The notes beneath the pieces are model-generated. The model worked only from the letters and a program-made list of their open reading frames with translations, did no database searches and was not told the origin of the DNA. The position numbers were made by a program, and so were the translations under genes. Positions 27,701 to 39,692 of a stretch of DNA of 64,000 nucleotides are shown here, in pieces. Position 1 is the first letter of the stretch. Each line of letters opens with the position of its first letter. This stretch comes from Takakia lepidozioides. Taxonomy: Eukaryota > Plantae > Bryophyta. Location of the stretch: NCBI GenBank assembly GCA_030704615.1, contig CM060732.1, positions 2,294,001 to 2,358,000 of the forward strand, given 5' to 3'.

Positions 27701-30700
27701 AGATGCAGAGAGGAAAGAGGGATTGCAATTGCCCGTTGTGTGGGCAACCTGAAGACAATATTCATTTTCTGATTCATTGTCCTGGCTACTCTCATGAGAG
27801 AGACGTCCTCTTCAAATCCATCAAGGGAATTGTGCCTGAACCTCTGTGTACCAACTTTGAAAGTCTCGAGGCTGAGCCAAAAGCCCAGGCCCTTTTGGGG
27901 CCTAGTTATTGGGCAAACCACACACAGCAGATTGATGCTTGTGTGAAGGGATTCCTAGAGGATATCTGGAAAACTCGGATTAATTGTCTGTTCCACAAGG
28001 CTACGGCAAACAACGTCTTATGAGTACATTCTTTGCCCTGCTCGCCAAGGGTTCCTTATTTGCGAAGTTTGATCAAGGTTCTTTGTTTGTAAACTCATCT
28101 GGGGAGTTCCCCTGTTCCTTACCCTTAAAAGAGTAAAGTTGGATGTAAAACCTTGGCTCGTCCTCAAAAAGAAAAAATGGAAGTAACTTTTTGATGTCTG
28201 TATGAGGGGGCATGAGGGATGAGGGTTTTGATCTGACAAGAGTTTTAATGTCTAGTTACAGGTTCCTTCGCCAAAGTGACAACAAGCGATGTCCAACAAG
28301 TCACATCTGTACAAGAGAGAGAAGTTAATGAAGTAGAACACTGGAAGCCCGAAGGGCCAATAGGAACGGGGTGAAAGATGGCGGAAGATCAAAGAGGTTT
28401 TTAGTGACAAAAGAAGAAACTTGTAATAAACTTGTGGTGCTTTCAGGGAGAAGATTGGTGGATGGCTTCGAACTGTGCGGAGGTGAAGAGGGGCCAAGCA
28501 GCAGTAGGAGAGGGGCGTTTGATGATGATCCTCAATGCACCTCAGGCATGCTAATAGGGGCAGCATCTCGCGGTTCGCGGTTTGCAGAGGGCCCCATGGA
28601 GCTTTTTTCGTTGCTGCGAATTCTTGGAGAGGGTTTTCGGCACCTATGCATGTTCCGATGCCAGGTATAATTTTTATGTGTTGGATTGATTGGCATGGTG
28701 GCAACTGCTGGAATCAAGGAATATAATGTACTCATAAGACGTTTGCCGTAGCCTTGTGGCCATTGACCCCGCGCCCTGTTTGAGCGGAACACAAAGGGAC
28801 AGAAACTACCTTTGTCAGGGGCTGATGCCGGTAGTTTGACTGACCTTGGAACAGACAATTGATCTGAGTTTTCCAGATATCCTCTGGAAATCCCTTTACA
28901 CAAGTATCAGTCTGCTGTTGTGATTTGCCCAATAAGTAGCGCCGAAAGGGCCTTGGCAGAAAGAGGTACAGGAACAAATCCCTTGATGGATTTGAAGAGG
29001 GCGTCTCTCTGGTGAGAAGGACAATGAATTAGAAAATGATTATTGTCTTCAGGTTGCCCCCACAACAGGCATTTGCAATCCCCCTTTCCTCTCTGCATCT
29101 GTTTGCTGTTCAAAGGTAGGCTTCCCACCCTGAGTTTAAATTTCAGTCTAGTGCCGAGAGTGGGTAAACCCTTGAGGTCATCCATGATGGCCTCCCCCAT
29201 GTCACAGACTGGAAACAAGTTCAAGGGAGTTTTCTGCCTAACTTCATTTTCATCAGACTATTTCCTGGCAACAGACATGGCTTTGGACACTACAGCCTCT
29301 AAGTCAGATTTATCCAGCAGGGTCAAGACTTGCAGGCTCAGATTCAGATCCTTGAAAATCTCTTCTACCCTCTTCGGCCAGGACTTGTTTGACAGGGCGA
29401 TCCTGCTTCCAAGATATAGAGTGGATTAACTTAGGATATCTGATATTAGTCATACGTTGCAGCTGACCCCATTTTCAAGGAATAGAATAAGAGTCAATTA
29501 GAGAAATCTACGTACTTCGTAGCTGGCAGAGGTGCTTTTGGTTCTATATTTTGAAGTATCTATCCCCCTATGTGCACATGAAACAAGAAAGGAAAATATA
29601 ATTTAGAAAACATGAATGCACTGGTTATGGCAATGTGACAGGAAGCTATGCAGGCCTTCACAAAGCTCTCACAGCAACAGTATGCAACTGCTTGGGTGCT
29701 TTGTCAGGTTCTATTGCTTCCTTTCTCCCTCTCAGGTTTGGTATTTGAAGTGGTATTTATTCTACATTGTTCCCTGGGCACACAGGGTCCCCTGGACTCG
29801 GAGACTGGACTTAGAGAGGTTCTTCGTTTTTAACGTTTCCTATATTCTAGCTTGTAGCTTTTAGGATGCTTTTGTCAAGATCCTTTCAAGTTCTGGTCTT
29901 TCAGGGTTGTTATTTTCATTTCAACTAGGTAGGCTTCGGTAGTCTGTTAGAGGTGAGATCTTCAGGTTCTCAAGAGGTTATCAATTGATGTATGCAGGTT
30001 GGGAGGGCATACTTTGAAATGGTGGACTACCCAGAGGCAGAACGTGCCTACAGTTGGGCCCGCCGAGTTTCACCTCACCATCTGGAAGGAACCGATATGT
30101 ATTCTACTGCCCTCTATGTATGTATTTTGGGTCTCAAGTGGGCCAGGCTGAATCAGATAGGCTCTGTTCCCAAAGTTGAGATTAGTTAAGCGGAAGGGAA
30201 TCACTACTGTATGCCTGACCTCTTGTATTAATCAATAGATGTGAGGGTTTTTCTTACGAAGAAACTTCATGTGTACGTCCTCGAACTGTCCATTTCTGTA
30301 CCTTTAGACACTTCACTATGGTTGTTTATTGTCTCAATCTACAAAATCTGGAGAAAGATTTGCTAGACATGGGTAGTACTTCAAACTGCATTGAGAAGAA
30401 GCTAGCTCCTGCTAGTGGACAGTGCCGGTTCACGAAAATCACACATGCTGTGGGTCTTTTGATGGGGACCCTATTGTTGTAGTGGATGGTCTTAGACCGC
30501 ATGGGATCGATTCTTGGACCAAGATATCTTGAATAGTGGCCGGGGTGTGGATTTCCAATGGTGGGGGAGCTCATCCCATAATGCAGATTTGGCATCTTTG
30601 GCTTTTAAGCAGCCGGATAAGTTGTTGGTCCTATTTGGGAATCAGGCAATAGATCGAACATTGAAATCTTGAGATGATCCGAATCTGCAAATCTCCTCTC

Positions 30701-33593
30701 AAAACGTTTTTCTCTTGCTGATAGAGAGTGTCTCATTCTTGTTTGGTCTTGACGTTATTATTGCTAGCTTCTCTGTTCGCCAATTTTTTTCATTTGCATT
30801 TGAACTCTTTGTAAGGACTTTGTGGTAAATGAGCCATGGCAGCATATGAAGAAGGACGTGGAGCTGAGCTACCTAGCACAGGAAGCAGTTGCTATGGACC
30901 GACTTTCTCCTCAGGCCTGGTATCTTTTACATGACCTTGTGTCTAAACTTCCATAGTTGTCAGAGGCCTGCATTCTCCATTGTTAAATATCTCTGTGCTC
31001 TTTGGCATCATTTGCAGCTGGAGCTCTTAAATATATCCCCTAGCCTACAACCAGATGAGCATTTTAGAAGTCTGGACAACTTATGTCCTGGTGTAGGATG
31101 TAGAGGTCTGGTACTGTGTGGTTCTAAAGACTTCAGTTTGCACAGAATGGTTAAGTAGTGATGTGGGTAGTCTAGACTCTGTCTTAACCTGATCTGGCCT
31201 GGTTGTTGGTCCTGATTAGCAGCAATATTGTCAATGCAGGTGTGTGATGGGCAACTGTTTCAGTTTGCAAAAGGATCACGAAACAGCCCTAAAGTTTTTC
31301 CAGCGTGCCCTACAGCTTGACTCCCATTTCACATATGCGCATACTCTGTGTGGCCATGAGTAGGCTCTCTGTGCTCTTTTGAATACTTTTGGATTGAGGC
31401 AAAACAACTTTCCAGTTTCAGTTGTAAATCAAGCATCCAAATACATGATACAATTTAGCAGTGGTAACCATACGGTTGTAAGCTGGCAACTTACTGCGGT
31501 TTGAGTGCTGTCATAGATATAGCTATGTATTTCAAGAAGCAGCCCCTGTATGGCTATCCTTCTGCTGTTGAATCGGTATGTGTCACCTGTGTGATCGATG
31601 GAACATTGCACTTCTACAATGAAGCCCATGAAGCTATTTGGTACAGATATGTTGCTATGGAGGACTTTGAGGAGGGTCTGACTTGCTACCGCAATGCCAT
31701 TCGAATGGATGCCCGCCATTACAATGCCTGGTAAGTCTGGTTGGTGCATCGTCGATCCAAAACTCTTGACTGCTTGGTAAGACAATGTGGTACTGGAAAA
31801 TGTGTGCTTGGTTGTGACCTAGTCGCCTGGGTTTTATATGGAACTCGCAGGTATGGTTTGGGAACTATCTATTTCCGACAGGAGAAGTATGAGCTGGCCG
31901 AGTATCACTTTCGCCGATCCCTCCATATCAATACACGGTCTTCAGTGCTGCATTGCTATCTGGGTATGGCTTTGCATGCCCTTCAGGTTGGCTTCTCTCC
32001 CATGCCCCTCCCCACCCTCTTGAAGAGCTCACATGTAAAAGGTTGTTAACTTGGGGAGGAGGAAATGGACTTTTCTGGTGCAGGCGATTGACTGGGAGTA
32101 AAAAGATCAATGTGTCTCCTGCTGCTTAGACCATCCCTAGAGTACGGGTGCACTGCGTAGGGGGGCATTTGCAATCGTTTTTTAAATAGCTTTCTAGGCA
32201 CAACCAGGGATCGTAGCGTTACATCAGGCCTTTCCAGAACAGTATTGTTGGTTAAGATCAGATGCTCAAGTCACTTTGAAGTGCAAATGGACCAGAATAT
32301 TTATCCAAGAAATGGTCACCCTCTCAAGAAATGGTCCTATTTTGGAGTGTGTTCAGAAGTGCACCAGCTGAAGCCCCATGCAAATGTACTCTTAAGATTT
32401 TTGACACCCTTGTACAGAGTTGGACTCTAAACTACCTGAACCATACTTAGCAGTAGGCTGAAGTACAAATCATGAGCAGGTTACGAACCACACAGTAAGT
32501 CAACCTTGTTGGGTAAAAGGGAACCTATCTGTTTGATGGTGCATGATGCCAAGGACCAGACTTGCTGCATTGTATTGGGTACTTGTGCCCACATTAGAAC
32601 TATTCTGGACCCAAAACCAAGCCCAGGATCTATGGCCAGAAAGGGGGATGACTGCGCCTCTCTCCATTGTATGTAGATCTGTATTACAACAAGCTGGGGA
32701 GAAGGGAAACAGTCTTATGAACAGACAGCTGATAAGGTGTGTTTGGATGTAAAAGCGTAAAGCTAAGTTGTTTCTGGAACTCGTGTAGAAAAATGGGGAG
32801 GCACTGGCATTGCTGGAGCAAGCGATTGTTGCAGACCCCAAAAACCCTCTCCCGAAATACCAAAAAGCAAGTGTATTGATGAGTGAGGAGAAATACCATG
32901 ATGCCTTGGCGGAGCTTGAACAGCTGAAGGAAGTGGCACCAAGAGAGAGTAGTGTCTATTTTTTGATGGGAAAGATCTACAAACGACTCGACTTGCTAGA
33001 GCGTGCGATTTACCACTTTTGCATTGCGCTAGATCTGAAGCCATCTACCACAGACGTCAACCTCATTAAGGTTGTGCTTTGCCATCCTATTTACTGGTTC
33101 TCTGTGACTCTCTCACTCTCTCTCCATCTTGCAAGAACATCTTTGCTAGAAGTTCTGGCAGTTTCAAGTTGACCACCTTGGAGTGCAGTTAAATCACCAT
33201 TTGGGCACCCAGGGTGTACAGCGACCCCCCGGGTGCAAGGCATTTGCAGCTTTTTGAATTTCCTCTTATTATTATTATTATTATTATTATAGTAGCCTGT
33301 GTATGTGCTTAAGCAATGAAATGTGCACCTGCACATCCTGTAATTAATCCAGGACAAGGTGTACTTGACCACAAAGTCTCCATAGTGCCTGAACCCTCAA
33401 CTTAACCGGGGAAGTGAGATGTCGAGTATGTATGATGTTGGAGAACTGAATCCTTCTCTCCAGATGTAAGTAGGTGTGGGTTAACAGATGGAAACTCATG
33501 AGACCGGAGCGTAACATGTTCTTTGTTTTGACATTGCAGACAGCAATAGAGAAGCTGCCGGTTGCAGATGATCTGGAGGAAGAGAATTTGTAA
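12718..33593 (+). CDS. CDC27: Cell division cycle protein 27 / anaphase-promoting complex subunit 3 (TPR protein), spliced, about 784 aa
   Basis: GT-AG exons read by hand: 12718-12822, 13722-13794, 14751-14860, 15115-15161, 23944-24041, 24785-25089, 25659-25853, 26916-27180, 28447-28664, 29642-29707, 29998-30117, 30843-30919, 31240-31359, 31647-31730, 31851-31986, 32789-33070, 33540-33593 (total 2355 nt, phases consistent). Peptides MEICLYECVCSSLRVYMYRNATFLCERL, GNCFSLQKDHETALKFFQRA, YAHTLCGHE, RHYNAWYGLG, APRESSVYFLMGKIYKRL match plant CDC27. Confidence 0.95.
14210..14710 (+). mobile_element. 5'-truncated LINE 3' fragment in CDC27 intron 2
   Basis: QRGKGDCN..CGQPEDNI motif and family 3' end CTTATGAGTACAT followed by a TC-rich tail. 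Confidence 0.8.
16400..17550 (+). mobile_element. Cluster of LINE 3' fragments (about 16400-16870 and 17060-17550) in CDC27 intron 4
   Basis: CPLCGQPEDNIHFLIHC zinc motif; TATGAGTACATTCTCTCTCTCTG tail near 16850-16870. Confidence 0.8.
18260..21890 (-). mobile_element. Decayed LINE (5' UTR, ORF1-like, apurinic endonuclease, reverse transcriptase) in CDC27 intron 4
   Basis: APE-like motifs (SIWLKL, GDFNA, VDYI); RT motifs GPDGIVNELI, YRGITLLN, YDTVWRDGL, QGVAQGCTLSPLLFNVFI, LADD; frameshifted; clade probably RTE/RTEX-like but not established. Confidence 0.9.
21891..23765 (-). mobile_element. Internally deleted LINE copy (5' UTR and ORF1 joined to post-RT 3' end), head-to-tail with the previous copy, plus a 3' stub
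   Basis: About 22840-23710 parallels about 20940-21880; junction near 22835 to SLESIQVG..RWWGQLQ..CPLCGQPED; 3' end at 21901 followed by (TC)n. Confidence 0.85.
27290..28035 (+). mobile_element. LINE 3' fragment in CDC27 intron 8
   Basis: ORF 27673-28023 is near-identical to the other copies; ends GTCTTATGAGTACAT. Confidence 0.85.
28726..29470 (-). mobile_element. LINE 3' fragment in CDC27 intron 9
   Basis: MDDLKGLPTLGTRLKFKLRVGSLPLN motif; family 3' end near 28726-28745. Confidence 0.85.
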
Positions 33594-34759
33594 ACTGGCA
33601 AGTCTCTCATGGCCCTTCGTGTGAGTGTGGTGTACACCCTCTCCTTGATCATTATCTCAGTTCAAAAAGCCTGACTTGTGCTGTAAGATCTGAACCCTGA
33701 AGTGTAGGCAGTGCTCTCTGTAGTTTGTGATGTTACTTTGGTTGGAAAATTACCAATAATTGTGCTGCCTCTTGTTGCTCACAAATATCATCAGATGGTA
33801 ACTAAAGGTTTTTTCCTGAAAGGTTGGCTAATATATTTGCATCTCTTTTTCTTCTGACTTCTCATGTGTTGTAAATCAGTGTATATGGTATGGAGCATAT
33901 GAAAACTTCTCTATGTTCATGAACAATCCTTCACATCAGCCTTCCAGTCATCACTCAATTGGTCAGGCCCCTAGTTTCCCCATGTTTGTCCGTTCAAATC
34001 AGCACATCCATTACGTTCTTCAGTTTCCAACAGGGATAACATGCTGTCGAAATTCATTGATCCATGCACTCTTGCCTGGTTTCTAATCTTCGTAGAGTGG
34101 AATATCCCCCCTGAATTGTTAGTTTAGAAGACCTATTTCTGAGCTGCTCTGCAGTAGTTTAAGTTATCTCCAGATGTTTGGTGACACCAGCTGCGACTTG
34201 GCACACAGTAGGTGTATCATACTCAATATAGGCTCCACTGCATTCCTACCATCTGCACTATTGGAGTGAGAAGTTAGTAATTTTGACACAGCTGGGTGCT
34301 TCATTTTGCTCCACAGAGTGCTTCAAAAAGTAAGTGGAACACAATCTAATATGGAGAAAAATAATACTATACCTCAATGGCTAGTGGCTACTCCCCTGCT
34401 CTTGCCCATCCTTGATTAATGAGCCCAATGGACATCTGAGAGCGCATAATCCCTATGGAAAGGACATGGTTAGCCATTTGAAGAAAGTCCAATGTCAATC
34501 CAAAGAGCAGCAAAGAACTCACATACCATCTAGGCCCGGGGCCTTACCAGAATTGAGACTACTGATCCCTTGGCCTGACTCATCTAAAGTGAAGTGAGCA
34601 TTCAGCACGCAATATCTCCCACAGAAAGTGAACGGGGGATGGAAGCAAGAGTGAGATTGGCACTCCCTTACCTCCCCAGCAACAAAGTTGATATCCATGT
34701 AAATCTACAAATTGCTATAGGTTGAAAACCGAAACTCAGTTGGCTGCTCTAACTAAGGT

Positions 34760-34948
34760 GGTGTGATCTGGATCCAATGAGTTTCCTCAATAGCGAAATC
34801 TTCCAAAACCCGACCTGCTAAGGTTTCTAAAATATACAAAACCCAACAATGCTGGTGTGATCTGGATCCAACGAGTTTCCTCAATGCGAAATCTTCCAAA
34901 ACCCGACCTGCTAAGGTTTCTAAAATATACAAAACCCAACAACGCTGG
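34760..34948. repeat. Tandem duplication of an approximately 93-bp unit
   Basis: GGTGTGATCTGGATCCAA...AAACCCAACAA occurs twice in tandem. Confidence 0.8.
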
Positions 34949-36279
34949 TATGTACTGTTCTGGCATGAACTGTTCTGGCATGAATTTGCATCCAAAAGAT
35001 GTAAGTTAGGTCATGACATCAGCCATATCACACCAATACCCTCAAACAGGAGGTCTTCTTTGTGGTTCGCGCAAATGGGTATACTTTTTAACTTGGATTG
35101 ATCAATTAGGATATTGCTACATGCAATGAAGAAGGACAAATTGTGCATAATGTTGCTTGTACAATTGAGTTTTCCACTAATGCTATTGCAAATCAGAACG
35201 ACTACTTTATATCCATACGTAATGATGTTTCTAGTCTGTGATACTACTCTTTGAAGTTCAGGGGGTTTGCTTTAGTAGGTTCCTGCGTTGATGAGTATAT
35301 AATAACATCTGGTTTCGTGGGTTTTGAGGAGGAGTTAACGAAGGTGCCAAATTGCATGTTTGTGGCTAGTAATGTGGCCATAATGGGTGCTTGCAATCAT
35401 CCTAATCCTCATAGCTGGGGTCTGAGGGTGCAAACGCAGGCATAGCCTCAACCCCCTGTACTCCAATTTCAATATACCTCTAAAAAAATATTCCCAAGTG
35501 CTTTGAAGACATTCACCTCACTTCTGTTCGTCCCTCACATCAATCATCACCAATAAACACAAAATCGAGCAAACCACTTGAGCAAGTCTAGGTCATCCCT
35601 CCTTATAGAACCCACCCACGATAGGGCCATTAGGTGAAGTGGCTCTTTGTTACGCCGGCTAGTAAAGAGGGACAGACGACTCCGGCTAGGCTAATGTGTA
35701 GTAGTGCACACATAGCAAGCAACATGATTGACCTTTTCTGAAACATCATGAAACTTCCAACAAAAAGTCTCAAGGCATTTTCATAACACCACACATATTT
35801 GATCTCTGTATAGTTCAAGGTTATTTCCATCTGCCATGCATCAATTTGTGGTAGCTACTATCCATTAAATTATGATGGTAACATATACAACAGAATCTTA
35901 TAGGCATCAGTTGGAGTCAAATTTTACCTATACCAAAGATGAAGGAACAACGATCATATTCCACTGGTTTGTGTTTATCCTCCACCTAATGGTCATGTTT
36001 TTTGTATTAGGTAAAGTCCTGCAACGAGGGCTTTACGCGATTCAAGATTCCGGGGCTGTGAAGACCCATTCTCTCCTAGCCTAGAAGTTTCCTAATTCAT
36101 CCATGCGGCGATACTCATTCATCCGTATAAAATTTTCGCCTAAGAGTACCGTTAAACCGTTGCACTCATGGTTAGTTTAGGGGTTAATTCGCTAGATGGC
36201 AGCATCCAGGCCCTACATTTGATCTAAGGCTGCAAAAAGGCGCCGTGGGCTCAGTCTGTTGCGTCTCGCCACGCGGCAG

Positions 36280-36524
36280 GCAAGCAGGCAGCTAGGGTTT
36301 TGTATAAAGACGGCGGCAAATACAGGTCAAGCAGCCTGTGTACACTGGTGTGAGTAGTTACTGTACATGTGAAGCTTTTGAACAGGCAGTGGATGAGAGC
36401 TTTTGGTGTCAGATTCTTGGGTTGTTCCTCTTCTCGCGCGTCGCTCATCTCTTCTTGCTTGCCCCTTTGTTGTGAAAAGTTGGTTCTTGAGAGGAAAAAT
36501 GAGCATATACTTCACGCTCGCTTT
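36280..36524 (+). repeat. 5' LTR (aligned portion; exact termini uncertain)
   Basis: Aligns with 61308-61544 (CTAGGGTTTTGTATAAAGACGGCGG...GAGCATATACTTCACGCTC). Confidence 0.75.
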
Positions 36525-37534
36525 GTGGTGGAGAGAAGCCGGGTAGCGTATAGACATTTGGCAGCTGCTGCCCGCTCTGACAGGCTCAGTTAGGTCTTTT
36601 GCGGGATCTGCACTAATCTATGCTACATAGTGCTTCGCTAATCAGTCTTACCAATGGCGGCTAGTCACTTTGCCACATTTTCTCCTACTGCCGCGATCTT
36701 GCTTTCTTACTCTGCGCGTTGTGCTGTGTTTGCAGGAGATGGTTGCAGTACGTGACTTTGCTTGTGTAGCTCGCAGAGAGGGAGAGAGTCTCTTTTTGCA
36801 TATTAGTTTAGTACTTACGATTGAGGCTAATCCTGCTGTTGAGACTAACCCCGCTGCTGCAATCCCTTCTGCTGATAATCTTGTTGATACTAACCCTACT
36901 GATAGCGCGCTGCCTGGCATTGTTGCCTTGCCAGCGTCGCCGCTGCCTGAGCCCAACGCTGATAATCCAGATCTTGTTGTTCCTTGAAGCTCTCCTAGTG
37001 CTAGTGATTATGCTAACTTGGTCGAAGCGGAGGCTTGGTCGCTAAGTCCCGAGAGGTCCAACAGTTCATTAGATAGTTGTGACCTGGGATATTACAATTT
37101 TGACAATTTCGTGGATCCTGGGCCTAAGTACTTTGAGGATAGACAACGAGTAGCAGAGCTAGAGATCAGGGAGATTGAGTTGTCGCAAGAAGTTGATGAC
37201 TTGCTTTGTGAAGTTAGTGATAAAGATCATCTCTGGTTGGGGAGAATAGAGAAAGCTGTCGAGGAGGACCTTGCTGCACTAACTAGCCATCACGAGTCTT
37301 TGTTTCACGCCCTCGTTTGAGTCTAGTGATGTGATTTCTAGAGCTAGGCAGCTTGCTCAGAAAGAGTTGGATCTATGCAACGCCGAGCTTGGCTTTTACG
37401 ACTTGCCGGCGAGGGTGATCAAGTCACGCTTTCTGCATCACCGACAGTTGACGTGGTTGGAGCTTGGCTTGTACCTGCCTCTCTCTGGCGTTCAAAGCTC
37501 AGAACTTCACCATGGCCCTGGCGGGTAGTTGCAG

Positions 37535-38242
37535 GGTAAGGTGGACCAACGGCAGATGTTGCATTCTATAAAAGTCCATGACCAAATTTAAAGTTGACGA
37601 TATTTCCCCAAATAATTCAAATGATGATAGACAATGGTATATTTAACATTTTTAGTAAAGGGTCTTACCCCAAACATCAAAGATAATTTTTACTATAAAT
37701 TTTAGTCTTTAATTTGAATAAGAATTGATATATCAAAAATTAGAATTTACATCGATTTGTCTATATACAACCAAGCCATTGTAGATTATATTTTTGTATC
37801 CTTTGCAGTAAAATATGACACCTCAAAAGCCCAAAACACAAGATGTATTAAACCATCTATATATAACACTCGTATTAGTCCATAGGTAGTAAATGACAGC
37901 TGATATTGTCATTTTAAATTGAAATCTGGAGTGTTATCTAAATTGGCTCCCTTAGCTCAAAAGTTCAAGGCAATACACCATAGGCACAATGGCTAATTTT
38001 GAGCCCGTGTGTTTTCATTTGCAGCGGTGACAGTCCACAGTTGTCGTGTTCAAAAGTCCATACCTCTTGGACATTTTATTTGATTGACAATTTGACGGTT
38101 GATATAGGTAGATATTGAAGTTAGGAATTCAGCATAGAAAATGTTTCTCAACATTATTGACTATATTCAAAGCAATTCATAATATCATGCACAACAGTCA
38201 CTGAAAACTGTGTTGGTGACGTCAATTTTGGTCCACCTTACC
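37535..38242. mobile_element. AT-rich MITE, possibly PIF/Harbinger-like
   Basis: 15-bp TIR GGTAAGGTGGACCAA / TTGGTCCACCTTACC; 3-bp flanks CAG / TAG; abrupt AT-rich interior within a GC-balanced region. Confidence 0.7.
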
Positions 38243-39692
38243 TAGCATCTACCCTGGCCCGGTGAGGCAGAACTGGCTGTCGTTGATGTTGCAAGGCACG
38301 GGGGCATTGGTATTGCGGACTTTACGATTTCATCTCCGGCCTTGTGCGTTGGCACCCACATACTCTCATTTGCTTGACGGCTTGAGCGGTGGAGCCCTGA
38401 TAGTGCAGGCGTCTGACTTGGTGATTTTGGGTCATGTGGGTGCTACGTTTGCAGCTCAACGGGTGGTTCATCCGTGTGCCTTTGAAAGTTTGAGTGATTA
38501 CCCTGTTTTGGCTGTGCTCTCACGAACGTGGAGGGAAGGTGACACCACCAGTGTGTGCTTTTGGGTCAAGAATGCCGAAGGTTGGGAGTGGTTGGTCTTG
38601 GGGATCTATGAACTATATTCGCACGAAGTGCTGAAAATCGTGTGCTACTCTACTTGGGTTCCAGGGACAAACTCGCCGCGCGCTCGACCTTCACTCCACA
38701 TCCCTGCTGCTTGAAGGTTAATTTTCCCAAGTTTGTTTTCATTTCTTGCATGCTAGGTAAATCCCAAACTGCTTGGTTGCGATCTGGTAGACAAAGACTC
38801 ATGGATAGTTCAAGGGAGCCGCTTGGTGAAAGTGTAGTCACCTGGGCCGGCATACCGCTCATAGTAGCCCGAATATCCGAGACTGGCCTGGCTACTCCCT
38901 ATATATGACCAGGACGGGAGGGAGTGTTGACCATACCAGGCACATTGACAAAATCCTAACCTTGTGATTGTACCGTGGGCTCACTACGTCCAGCCGCCAC
39001 GGCCACATCAGTCTGAACATAAACAGGAAAACTCGCTCGGTTGGCTACCCCAGACCCCTCGGGCAAAACAACAGAGCCTTATCTCTCAACCTCGCAATAA
39101 CACCATCATGCGACGGCTCTAGATCTCCCTCCAAAGCACCAGTGTTCAAAAAAACATCATTGGTCAAGACATTACATGCCTGCAGGTTGTCTGGGCTCTA
39201 ATGTAATGCATGTTCTTGTTGTGGGTCTCCCTAATCCCATTCGCGGGGGAGGGACTTCGTTGCCTGTGAATTCGGGTCTGCATGTAGGTAATACTTCTTT
39301 GTTAAATGTTCCTGGTCCTGTTGTAGGTGGAGGGGCTATGGTGCAGATGCCCTCCAGCTCATTCGTTAATCAGGCCCCTAATGCTAGCAACCATGTGGGG
39401 GCTCTCCAAGTCCAACAAACGGGGATGCCACCACAAGTTGTAGCCAGCCAGTCTGTAGGCATGCATGTTGGTAGTATTGGTAGTGTTCATGTTCATAACA
39501 TAGGGTCTGGATTAGTTCAGCCAGTGGGTTGGCACGCATTCCTCCCATGAGTGGAGTGCCACAACCCCACCTACAATCAGTCCGTCCTGTTGCTCAGCAA
39601 AGTGTGATGTCACATGCCCTCCCTATAGGCATGGTGGCATCGCATGCAAGTCTGCCACCTTCTACTGTTGTCTAGGGCCAGCCAGCCATGTT

